Assembly (NCBI RefSeq): GCF_001194135.2
Contig: NC_068984.1
Span: 91,935,569 to 91,998,699, forward strand
DNA length: 63,131 nucleotides
DNA from: Octopus bimaculoides
Lineage: Eukaryota
Direction of reading: 5' to 3'
Below the pieces are notes generated by a model, which saw nothing but the letters and a program-made list of their open reading frames with translations, was not told where the DNA came from and did no database searches. The position numbers and the translations under genes are program-made. Shown in pieces: positions 51,264 to 63,131 of this stretch; the first letter of the stretch is position 1; every line of letters starts with the position of its first letter.

Positions 51264-51274
51264 AAATAATAATA

Positions 51275-51550
51275 ATAGCCATACGCTGAGAGGAATTCTT
51301 TGGAGTTTGGATAATTCACGTTTGGAAATGTGGGTGTTTCGTTCATCATCCTCAAACAACCCTTATTTAGGGACCTTTTGAGCACGGTCATGCGCTGTTT
51401 ATCTTGATATGAGATCACCATGTCGCGCTCATATGGTTGTGATGTATGTGCCTGGTGTACCCTTATCAAACGGGTAGTCATGATGGGTACTCTGGACTTG
51501 GTATAGTTTACCCCAGTGTCCCTTTGATGGCATGCACTGCTCTCTCACTC
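51275..51550 (-). mobile_element. 5' half of the non-coding repeat also seen at 20120-20405
   Basis: About 50-bp overlap of near identity; flanked by (TAC)n/(AAT)n tracts. Confidence 0.65.
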
Positions 51551-51600
<50 letters not shown>

Positions 51601-52379
51601 CAACAACCACAATAATAATGATTAAATTGTACATGAATCATTTTTATGAAGAGGATAAGGTAATGCTATTCGACAGTCATTCGAAAAGTCTTTATATATG
51701 TATCGTAGAGTTGTATCTTGCTCACTATATTTATTAGTATCGAAATTTGAATCTCTTGAGAGCGTAGACTCTACTATTATTTACCTAATCTCTACAGAAT
51801 TCTTTCGTAAAATTTAAACTTCAGAATTCTATGTTTACAGTAGAATAAAAAAAAACTTTCTTTTTTTTTAAAGGTGAAGTAGCAGCGATTTAGTAGACCG
51901 TAGTTCATATTCTTTCCTACTAATGCTGTAAGAAGGATCTGTTGCTATGATGTCTTAAATTAGTTCATCCTTAGTATTCGAAGAATTAAGCTTAAAAATG
52001 TAATTAGCAAGTCTAGTCGAATTACGTAATTTTTATTGCCACAGCCATGTGTGTGTATATTAAAGTGGTGTTTAAAAGAACTCAATGTAGATCCTATATA
52101 ATAACAAGTATCTGTTGATGTAATGACACTACCTGTAGATCTCCTTGAGTGACAAGCAGCTACCTTAAAGGGAACAATTTCAAGTCGTGGCAGTTGGATT
52201 CAACTTTATTATTCAATTTTTGAGTATCTTTTATGTTATTACTGTTTTAAACTCCGTGGTTATGTGCCTATTCATACTACAGAAATTTAATTTTGTTAAA
52301 CTTGTTAGATTTATTATAGCTCTCTGCGTTATTTACCTAGCGATAACCTCTCATGTGGACTCGTGGTGCATATTTCTAA

Positions 52380-53830
52380 TGCTAAACCTACTCGAGGAAT
52401 GTTTCTTGTCTACAAGAAGATAAGCAATTAGAAAGCAGCTGAACCTGGAAGTGTTCAAGAGTATTAGATACAGAAGCTGTCAAGCTGCCATAAAAGAATA
52501 GCAGAAGAGCTTAATGCACTTATCAGCGGAAATGAAGAGATTCCTGTGACGGTAATTACCGGATGAACAATACGACATTTAAAGGATGCTTAAAAAATGG
52601 AATACTGTGGTTAATTAATGATCCATATTATGTCTCACACTGATGTGGAAGCTGTTCACAGGAAGAATCGCTGATGAAATATATACATTTCTTGATGATA
52701 ACAAAATTATCCTTGTTGAGGTGAAGGACTGTAAACGGAATTGCAAGGAACTAAATACCATTTACTAACAGACACAATGGGAAGATAGTAAACGAAAGGT
52801 GACAATATTAGCGATGGCCTAGATAAATTACCACAAGGCTTATGACATGATACCATATTCATGGATCATTCAAGAGTTTTTTGCGAAAAGAACATGGAAA
52901 GTTAGAAGACTGAGTTCACATCTAATGGACAGAACCTTGAAACTTAAGAATCAAGAAAAGAATTTTCAAGGAGAATGTGTTTTCTTTACAATTTGTTTTA
53001 TATATGATTCCATCAAGATTGTTACTGAGAAAAGTAACAACTGAATACGATTTTAAAGAAAAGCAGCCAAAGACCAACTATTTATTATTCATGTATGATC
53101 GCGAGCTGCAAGGTAAGGATAAAGCTCAAGTCTTCTTTAGTATGCGCAGATCGTTGCTTTAGCAAGGACATCAAAATGAAATTTGATCTACAAGAAAATG
53201 TGAAATATTCCTGACGAGAGGGCAAGCCAACAGATATGAAGGTATAGAACTACTATCAGGGGAAATCATGAAAATGATTAATGATGCTGGGTAAAAAAAA
53301 ACTGAGCATATTGGAAGTGAATGAAGTGATGGAAGAAGAAATGAAGAAAAACTTTACGCAAGAGTATCACTGCAAAGTTAGACTCGTGTTGCACTCAAAA
53401 ACAATTAAAACAATTAATACACAAGCGATTGCATCATTGAAGTATAATATAGGTATTCTCAATTGGAGAGAATAGAAGTTACAGAGGCTCGACCAGAAAT
53501 CGAGAAAACTACTCAAAATGCACCGAGTATTCCAACCAAGGATCCTGTTGACAGGCTATATTTAACCAAGCACAAAAGTATGCGAGGGCTAATCCACTGT
53601 GAAAGTTGCATATGTACAGAAGAAAATAGCTTGCACGTGGTATATTAAGAGTGCCATAGATCCCCTGCTGGTTCAGATGAGAATATTTGGTAGAGTCAGG
53701 ACAACTGCTTGCGTGGAGACAGAAGAGTACAAAGAAACAAAGCGTCGAGAAGACGAAAGAAAATGGAATACGGAAACAGCAAATAATATTGACTGATTGC
53801 CGATAAAGGAAGTTTTGCTTCCAAGTAAGT
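52380..53830 (+). mobile_element. highly degraded R4/Dong-like RT region
   Basis: INYHKAYDMIPYSWI, VDRLYLTKHKSMRGLIHCE and related remnants, with many stops. Confidence 0.7.
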
Positions 53831-54761
53831 TCAGAGTTACTTCACTTGGTATCTGGAGCTGAAGAGAACTAAAGAGTTCGAAATGCAGCCATTAGTCAAA
53901 GAGAGAATGCACTGAGCTGTCTATGTACTCTTACACATTTCTCCAGGACAAACTGCAATGAAAACCCGTCATAGATTTTAAAATCCCTCAAACATATTTG
54001 AACTGCTCTTAAATCTGTTTATTTCCCGTCATTGCTTCGCACATCTAATCACTATTTTGTTCCGGGCTGGCAACCAATCAGTCAGTTTCTCATAAAAAAT
54101 GCATCGCTTCCTAATCAGTTCAGAGTTATGAGGAAATGGCCGCTTGGTGCCAGCATACAACGGAAAAGCTAATGGATGGAATCAGGAAGGCAAACATACT
54201 ACGGGACTTTGATTTCTAGACAGACAGACCGACAGACAGACAGACAGACAGGGTGTTAGACACCGGAGGCCGGATGAAGTAGCCTTTAGGAGGAACACGC
54301 AGGAGTGCCTTATAATTGACATGGCAGTGACAGGAGATCAATATATTACTTTTACACAGTTACAATTAGTAGATAAATACACTTCAAATCATGACCTGCC
54401 ATCTGAAGAAATGAAGGATACATCAAAATATGTAGCCCTCAATCATTGGTTCCCAAACGTTGCAGCTTACACTTTTCAAAGTTTAAGTTTTTGAAAATTC
54501 ATACTGAAACATCAGCGTACTACCCTTCCTCTATGATTAAACTATGAAAAGATTTACAGCTTTGACCGTAATTTTCACCAATGCGAGTTTTTGTTCCCTT
54601 ATGTTTTAGTTCACATACCTTAACTGGACAGTAACCTTTGGGATTAGGATCGAGAATGTTGTCTGAAGCCAATCTTGCTATAGATACTTTCAGTAATACT
54701 GTCGTCCCTTAAAGGTCAATTCTAGATGTTCACCCAGTATTCTCTCTGTAAATATTCTTAC

Positions 54762-54900
54762 TGGCGGTGAGCTAGCAGAATCGTTAGCGCGTGGAACAAA
54801 ATTCTCGTGGTATTTCTTCTGGTCTTTAAGTTCTGAGTTCATATTCTTCTAAGGTCGAATTTGCCTTTCATTTTTTAGGAATCGATAAAAGAAAGTACCA
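54762..54900 (+). mobile_element. SINE family A (diverged)
   Basis: ggcggtgagctagcagaatcgttagc...ttctgagttcatatt...aggtcgaatttgcctttcat. Confidence 0.8.
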
Positions 54901-54974
54901 ATCTCGTACGGCGTCGTTGTATTCAACAAACCTACATCCTTTGAAAATGCCGAACTTGTACCAAAATTTGAAAT

Positions 54975-55023
<49 letters not shown>

Positions 55024-55204
55024 GTCTACTGCATCCAAATATTGAGAAGCTCATTTTCACATATGAAACGCAAATATAAAAAATCTATTGTTTTAAAATA
55101 GATCTCTGATATAGAAATGCTATACACAGGATAAACAACATGTTCTTTATTCCCAGTGATATCCACTGGTGTGAAGGTGCATTATTTTATATTGCTCCAG
55201 TCTA

Positions 55205-55405
55205 CTCAGCTGGCAAAATGAATAGTACCTGTAATTCAAAGGGCCAGCCTTGTCATATTCTGTGTAACGCTGAATCTCTCTGAGAACTATGTTAATAGTA
55301 TGTGTGTCTATGGAGTGTTCAACCACTTGCACTTTAATTTCTTGAAAAGGCTGTTCAGCTGATCCGATCAACTGGAACCCTGGTCTTCGTAACCGACGGA
55401 GTGAA
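55205..55405 (+). mobile_element. SINE family B 3' portion
   Basis: gtacctgtaattcaaagggccagccttgtca...gatccgatcaactggaaccct...cgacggagtg. Confidence 0.8.
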
Positions 55406-56999
55406 TGCCGGTTATTCACTGAACCCGTCAGATTTACAAACTTTGCAAGTGGTCAAAATTCCTGTTGATCAATATGCGTAGATTAGGTAGAATGCAAAGC
55501 GTGAACAATACCAAATATTTTCCAATGTCAGTTAACTAACCAGTTGTATTTACCATATCTCTATAAATCTATGAACATTTGAAAGCTACACAATTTCAGT
55601 GCATATCAGCATGATATCCTGATACATACCGTGTTTAATAAGATTCAGAAAAAATCCTCATAAAAACTATTGCTATTTAGGTGATTGACTTTATGAAAAG
55701 CCTACGCCATCTCGCTATTGTAGCTTAGAAGTTGAAGATTGTTTCGTATACATCTCTTTGGAACAGTGTATGCTGACGTATGTACCACAACGACACCCGT
55801 GACAAGCATCTTGGTTATATTTTAGTGGCAGAATTAAGGATGAAAAATTATCTTCAAATATTTTACTCATGCAACTGTTTCCTTGAAAATATACATTATG
55901 CTGTGTATTGTATTACTAATTCTGTATTCTGATGCTCTATTTTCATCCTTCTTAACTGAAATTCTTCTGCTTAATTATGTTCAAGAGCTGGACATATGTT
56001 TTAGGAAATAAGATATACTAACGCATCACTTTTTGAAGTAAAATTGCAATGACCTACTTTATAGTAAGTCTACATTTTATGCAGTAAGTTGTTGACTTCA
56101 ACAGCTTATAAATGATGTTAGACTTTTAAATTCTTCTTGTAAAATCAAAATAGATATAGTATATCTAAATAATTACTAAGTGTTAGTGGCTTACATTTTA
56201 CTCTTTGTGTTCATTTACACATCTTTTTCGTTTTGAAGCTAGTTCTAAACGATTATTTTGAACAGAATGTATTGCTCGTAACAAACATGATATCTTAAAA
56301 TCAAGAAATATGCATTGAAATGAAAAATAAAGTTTTCGAAGTTTTAATTGAAATGTCTCGCCTTATATTTTTTTATAAATATAAATATGCAAACTAAAAA
56401 AAAAAAGTTATGTACATATAGTAGATATGTTCAGAGTGTATTGACAGTTGTTCCTTTTGTGTGTCCCAGTGCGTTTGTTTTCAAACAAATGAATTGAAAT
56501 TTTATCTCATGCCTTCTCTGATGTCTTTGATATTTGTACAATACGTCAACTTGTAAATATGCAGAAAATGTAAGGCTCTTGGATTCATTTCATTCCAATC
56601 TAATATGTAATACATATTTTTGCATATTACAGTCCATCAGAAACACATTTCAATATTTCAATATTTACTTATAAATTACTTTATAAGAGATGAATTGTAT
56701 TACGTTTTATCATTATAGTTATAAGATTATTCAGAAATAACCTTAATAAGTTCTCTTAGCAACTGAAAGTCAGAAAACAAGATTAAAGACTTTGCACCTT
56801 AACTTCCTGATGCTGAAAACTCAGCAGCCAATTACATCTACATCTAAGTGTTTTAGCAGAGTACACCTCTATAAAAAAACACTAACAAACAAAACAAAAC
56901 AAAGAAAACTAACAAAAAGCGAGTGTTTCATTAAATTATTTTGATGAACTTAAGACTTCCAATGAGTATGGTAATGATAATGAGAAACTATTTTCAGTA

Positions 57000-57800
57000 A
57001 CTTCTTGAGAACCAATGTCTCAATCTTCGCAACACTTATTCTTATAAGCGAACTCATTTAGTACATACCAAGTATCACCAATTCGTCTGCATATATCAAT
57101 CGACCAATTATATACCCACCGATCTTGATGCCACTGCCATTACGTATGTGCTTCTCAATCCAGTTCATTTTGTCACTTTTCCTTTGAGAAGTGATACTTT
57201 GCATCTCTCTGACGAAGACCAACATCTAGGTTGAAAAGCTTCGACTTTGCACAATTTACCCAAGCTCAAATATTTGGTTACTCGTATAGGAACTTCACGG
57301 TAACTAGAAATTACCCACTGATTTCATACTCCCGCAAAAAACCTTCCACATTATATCCTGCAGCACGCGTCCATATGCCTTTCCGTGGTCTACTAAGCAA
57401 GCATACACCAGTTGACAATATTCACCCGATTTCTCGATGATTTGCCATAGATTGAACATTTGCTGCCTCCAGTACAAAATCCACACGGTTCTTCAGCTAA
57501 CTTGGTTCGACAATGTCCCTACATTCCTTTTCCAGACATCTGGCGTAGTCTTTCCTGGAGAGGTTCAACAAAGTGTTTCACCTATAATTAGAGCTCTTGC
57601 TTTCTCTTGACGACCTTTAAAAAATTGGGATTAATATTCTCGGATTGTCGTTGCTTTTTGCTTTTCCAGAGGTCCATGTTACCTGGAATACACGAGTAAG
57701 CCTGATTAATAGCTCCCCTATTTAAGGCTTTTAACATCTCAGACCGAATTAAAGCCTCCTCAGCGTCCTTATCACATTTGAGCTTAGTTTTCGTCCCTAG
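57000..57800 (-). mobile_element. RTE-clade LINE RT remnant
   Basis: IRSEMLKALNR and QQMFNLWQIIEKSGEYCQLVYACLVDHGKAYGRV match the RTE motifs EIRPEMLKAL and DQIF.L.QI.EK...FVDL.KAYDRV. Confidence 0.7.
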
Positions 57801-58587
57801 ATGCATTGCGTGTCTACGAGATTTTATTGTAGCTGGATTTAGATCAACAGAGTAGTCTCTCTATCTTAAGAGTGTTCTTTTCTGTGAAGAGAAGAACCCC
57901 AATCGAGTTTTTAATGGCAGGGAGAGTATTTCGTTACGAAGTTGATGGTAGTACAATTGATGTAATTTCTATTCACTAACCACGCAAAGTGGAAATGACA
58001 CGTATCCTATTTCTGAAAAACGATACGGTCTTTTGAAAAATCGTTATTTGTGCCGTGTACAGCAAGATATAGAAAGATTATTCTCGTATTTATTTTTCTT
58101 ACATCTGGGCAAGTTCAAACGCAAAATAAAGTGGTTAAAGTAGTGTACGTCATGGGAGAACAGCTTCTCTCTTCTACGACGTTAGTGTCCAACACACTTG
58201 GCTTACAGTCGCACGGAATTCTGTTAAAACACCGATGTCCCAGAATCCCGTATGTCATTGAGCCGAGAGTGTCGTTGTAAAAAGAGAGACGTTATTCTCC
58301 CCACAGCTTACACAACAGCAATCAGCATCGTCTTGTATTCAGATATTTAATTTAATGAGATTAAAAAATCTAATTGGAAACACTTATGAGGAAGCCAAAC
58401 TGATGAGGAAAAACTAACATTAGCTTCGATAAATATTGTTCTAATAACTGCATCAAATACAAATTTCAATCTTATCAGCGGCACAAAAGTTGTATTTAGT
58501 AAAGTAGGGATAAAAAAAATCGTGAAATAGACGAAATAGCGCACAAAAGGTGTGGAAACTCACATAGCAATAATAATAATAATAATG

Positions 58588-58661
<74 letters not shown>

Positions 58662-58729
58662 CAAACAAACAAACAAACAAACACACACAACAAACACACA
58701 AAAACAAAAACAAACAAACACAATTTTCT

Positions 58730-58895
58730 TATGGATTCTTAAACATTCTCTAGAACAACACTATGTACAAATCCAAATATATGGTACCCTAGGCATAACA
58801 CCTACATGAACTTCTAATTTGTTATCTCTTGAGGTCTCTGGGTGAGACTTGGATCCAACTTGTACAAATGCAAAACAAAAGTCAAACATAAAATA
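58730..58895 (+). mobile_element. R4-like 3' UTR fragment with (AAT)n tail
   Basis: ttgaggtctctgggtgagacttgg...aagtcaaacataaaataataat. Confidence 0.4.
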
Positions 58896-58934
58896 ATAAT
58901 AATAATAATAATAGCAACAGTTTATTCTATAGGT

Positions 58935-59120
58935 AGAAAGCCTGAAATTTTCGGGGAGGGTAATAGTCGATTACATCGACTCCAGTACTCGACTGGTACT
59001 TAATTCATCGACCCCGACAGGATGGAAGGCAAAGTCGACCTCGGCGGAATTTGAACTCAGAACGTAAAGACGGACGAAATACCATGAAGCATTTTGACCG
59101 GCGTGTTAACGACTCTGCCA
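58935..59120 (-). mobile_element. SINE family A
   Basis: Consensus match, followed by (AAT)n. Confidence 0.9.
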
Positions 59121-59134
59121 ATAATAATAATAAT

Positions 59135-59400
59135 ATGCGAACATTAAAGGTCATGCCTATCATAATTTGGGCGCTGAGATCAGTAAGCCAAGATATAGAC
59201 AAATGGCTGAGGGAGATCGAAATGGAATACCCGGTAGAGCTCCTGTAGAAAGTTTGTCTCTTAGGGAGAGCAAGGATTATCAGGAGGATCCTAAGCACTT
59301 GTAAGACTGCCGAAAACTCGTGGATACCTAAGATTACAGGTAGTAACCCGCTATCCACATAATCTCTACCAGGAATAAGGCCGAATCTGAGACAAACCAG
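59135..59400 (+). mobile_element. R4/Dong-like 3' end
   Basis: KVMPIIIWALRSVSQDIDKWLREI...ELL*KVCLLGRARIIRRIL plus 3' UTR and (AAT)n. Confidence 0.75.
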
Positions 59401-59424
59401 AATAATAATGATAAAAATAATCCC

Positions 59425-59610
59425 TTCTAAAGGCACAAAGCCTGAAAATTTGGGAGAGGGAACTAGTCGATTAAATCGGCCCCAGTGTTTCACCGGTACT
59501 TAATTTATCGACTCCGAAAAGCAAAGTCGACCTCGGTGAAATTTGAACTCAGAACGTAAAGACAGACGAAATACTGCTCAGCATTATGCCTCGCACAATA
59601 ACGATTCCGC
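59425..59610 (-). mobile_element. SINE family A
   Basis: Consensus match. Confidence 0.88.
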
Positions 59611-59614
59611 CTTG

Positions 59615-59664
<50 letters not shown>

Positions 59665-59689
59665 ACTAATAATAATAATAATTCGTTAA

Positions 59690-59890
59690 ACTATAGGCAC
59701 AAGGCTTGAAATTGTGGGGGAGGGGGCTAGTCGACCATATGAACCCAAGTGTTTCACTGGTACTTAATTTATTGACCCCAAAATGTTGAAAGGCAACGTC
59801 GACCTCGGCGGAATTTTACCTCGAACGTAAAGGTGAACGAAATGCCGTCTAGCACTTCTTTCGGCGTGCTAACGATTCTGCCAGCCCGCA
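59690..59890 (-). mobile_element. SINE family A
   Basis: Consensus match. Confidence 0.88.
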
Positions 59891-59904
59891 ACCTTATGAT
59901 GATC

Positions 59905-59987
<83 letters not shown>

Positions 59988-59988
59988 A

Positions 59989-60038
<50 letters not shown>

Positions 60039-60047
60039 CTACAACTG

Positions 60048-62540
60048 CTAGATTGTTATTAGCGCAGGAACGGAGCAGTGGTAGCTTATTTGATGAGAGA
60101 TAAATAGATGATCTGAAAGAAGACGATAAAACTAATGGTGACATGACAGATGAACAAAAGGAAATCTACGGCAGAATAAAGGCAAGACTACAAGAGAACG
60201 ATAGCGATATTATTTGCAACCTTAAAAAGGTTGATCGGTGGAAATTGAACCAAGAAAAGGAAAAGGTCAATGAAATTCTGAAATACATCACAGAAACAAA
60301 TAATTTGATCAAGGCAACAAGTATTGTTGTAGCAGAAAACGTGTGTGTTGATGTCAAGAAAAAGAAATATAATGAAAGTGACAGAAGAAAGATCCATGGT
60401 GGAAAAGAAGAATACAGGCATGGTTAGATATGTTCTCGAAGGAAATTTCTGTCTTAGACCGAAAAGAGAAAGGAGAGCTTAAAAGCGAACAAAAATGCAG
60501 GGTACTGAAAAGGAAGTATAACATTGAAAGAAAGGGCCTGAAAGTGGTAATGGAGGAAATAAAACAGCACCTCGTTACAAAGAAAGCAGAGAGGGTAAGA
60601 TACGACCAAAAAAATGAGAGGTTACCAACAGAATGGGTTATTCCGAGTAGATCAAAAGAGATTCTACAAAGAAATAAATGGAGAGTGTACAGATGAAAAG
60701 TTGATACCAGATAGCAATGAAAGTCAAATGCTTTGGAGTGACATATGGAGCAAAGACAATGAGCACAAAAAGGATGCTGAATGGTTGCAAGAACTGAAAC
60801 AAACAGTAGTCTGTCCAAAACAGGCAAAAGTAGTTATTTCAGTTAGGGAAGTGAAGGAAATTAGCAAAAAATGGGCAACTGGAAGGCCACGGGACCAGAT
60901 GGTGTTGAAGGCTACTGGATCAAAAGATTTGGTGAATGTCATTCAAGAATAGCTGCGCATCTCAACACCTTGTTAAATGCCGACCAAGTAACTCTAGAGT
61001 GGTTGACATTTGGTAGGGCAGTGCTGTGCTTGAGAAACATCGAAAAAGGCAATACGGTAGACAATTACAGGCCGATATCCTTTTTGCCACTTATGTGGAA
61101 GTTATTGACTGGAATAATCACAGAGTCAACGTACGAAAATCTGGAGAAAAATGGAGTCCTGCCACATGAGCAGAAGGGATACAAGCGTAAGTGCAGAGGT
61201 ACAAAGGATCAACTTCTGATAGACAAAACTGTACTTAGAGATTATTGTAAGGTGTACGATATGATCCCACATTCTTGATATTGAATCGAATGTTGAGGGA
61301 TTGCTTGGAAAAAGTATGGCGAATTGGAGGACGGATCTGACAGCATACGGAAGAAGTTTAAGGACAATAGAAATCAAGAGGGGCATTTTCCCCACTGATC
61401 TTTGTACTGTGCTACTAATACTGATTCCGCTAACACTGATTCTGAGGAACGCAAAAGCTGGTTATGTATTCAAAAGCCATCAACAAAAAGTCAACCATTT
61501 GTTATTCATGGATGACCTCAATCTTTATGGTAGAGATGAATCCCTCGCTGATACGGTGTATACTTTCAGTGCTGATATCAGAATGGAGTTCGGACTGAGA
61601 AAGTGTGGTGTGTTAGTCTTGAAGAGAGGCAAAATTAAATGTATGGACGAGCTAATGATACCATCGGGGGAGGTTATGAAGCAGATAGAAGAGACGGGCT
61701 ATAAGTACTTGGGGATTTTGAAAATGGATAAAATGATGGAGAAAGAAATGTCAGAAAAATTTAAGGTGGTGTACTTGCGCAGACTGAGACTGATCCTTAA
61801 GTCTAAATTAAACGGACGGAATAAGATTGAAGCTATCAACACCTGGGCGTTTCACTCCTTAGATATGGAGCAGGGGTAATCGCATGGACAGTAGACGAAC
61901 TAAACAACTTAGACAGAAAGACAAAGAAATTGCTAACTAGATATGGGACACTCCACCCAAAAAGTGACACAGACAAACTGTATGTACCAAGAAAAAGAGG
62001 GGAAAGAGGACTTATTGGATGCGAACACAGCATTAGAGCAGAAAAAAAACGACATAGCATGGTATGTAAAAAGTACCACAGAACCACTATTATTAGAAGT
62101 AAGAAAGTCAGGCTTGTGTAGGATGAAAGATTTCAAAAATAAAGCACTGTAGAAGCAATTGAAAGCGAATGAAACTGAAAATAGGTGGGTAAAGAAAAGA
62201 ATGCATGGTCAATTTCATAGAGATATTGAAGATCAGACAGACAGAAAAAAAAAAGATGGTTGTGGATGACTAAAAGTGATTTAAAACCGGAAACGGAGGC
62301 TCTAATCTGTGCTGCCCAAGAGCAAGCAGTAAGAACGAATTACATAAAATACAGAATAGACAATACATCAGAAAGGAATAACTGCAGAATTTGTGGATAA
62401 AATGGTGAAACCATATGGCGTATTACGAGTAAATGTACGCCACTAGCCCAGAAGGAATATAAGAGACGCCACGACAATATAGCAAGGATTGTCCATTGGA
62501 CACTTTGCAACAAGTATGGACTTGAGAGAACAAAAATTAG
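60048..62540 (+). mobile_element. R4/Dong-like element, 2.5-kb internal region (RT through CCHC), frameshifted
   Basis: [94 protein letters not shown]; (AAT)n on both sides. Confidence 0.92.
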
Positions 62541-62544
62541 TACG

Positions 62545-62578
62545 TCCAGCGTGCTAACAATTGTGCCAGCCTACCGCC
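62545..62578 (-). mobile_element. SINE family A head only
   Basis: Reverse complement GGCGGTAGGCTGGCACAATTGTTAGCACGCTGGA. Confidence 0.6.
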
Positions 62579-62585
62579 AATAATG

Positions 62586-62635
<50 letters not shown>

Positions 62636-63131
62636 TATTATAATAATAATAAAAATAATATTAATAATAATAATAATAATTTCAAATTCCATTAATTTTT
62701 ACGTATTATAAAAACATAATTTATTGAATGAAAATTTAAAAAAATACCCGTATAGTTTTGTAAAAAAAATTAAAAAGTGATTTTGTTGTTATGGCTGTTT
62801 GGAACGCTATAAGCCTTACAATAGTAACTATCCAGACCGATTTTGGCCATTTTCATTTTTAACTTAAAAACCATGGGAGGAGCCTTTTCGGTAAAAACAA
62901 ACAAACAAAAAAACAAAACAAAACAAATTGTAAACATTCCTAGAGGAAAAGGTGAACAATTCAAGGGAGGTTTCGTTGTTGTCTCTAACACAACCCAAAC
63001 CACCCTCCCTTTGGTCTCTCACGTGTATTGCTGTTTATTCAATATTTTTCTCTCATTAAACACATTTTATGGAATGATGATGCCGAAATAACAAACGCGT
63101 GGTCTATTGGTGTAAGAAAAAATAACAAAAT

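Noticed and set aside
55700-55830. GPCR TM6-like peptide ITKMLVTGVVVV on the minus strand
   Set aside because: In-frame stop just upstream and no neighbouring transmembrane segments.
62940-63030. REGGLG-like RT thumb motif on the minus strand
   Set aside because: Too short to support a call within this window.

Overview
Eukaryotic, AT-rich, repeat-dominated scaffold with many N-gaps. The SINE set and dense microsatellites point to an octopus genome (inference). No prokaryotic genes or CRISPR arrays. Host-gene content is a tandem pair of plus-strand paralogs from the molluscan two-VWA matrix-protein type: an intact exon encoding a MIDAS-less VWA domain (5734-6308) and a pseudogene with both VWA exons (23320-23896 and 24501-25009, phase-1 GT-AG intron). 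The rest is mobile DNA: Tc1, mariner, DD37D/maT, Tigger/pogo, hAT, Chapaev3-like, a Merlin-like MITE holding a perfect 64-bp telomeric palindrome, a non-autonomous Helitron, several R4/Dong-like retrotransposons stacked in (AAT)n or (ACAT)n tracts, L1/Tx1-like and RTE remnants, a Penelope-like remnant, and tRNA-derived SINEs. A CpG-decayed type I hammerhead ribozyme lies at 2708-2760 (minus). All family assignments come from manual translation and motif recognition, not database searches. TE boundaries are approximate unless a TIR or TSD is quoted.
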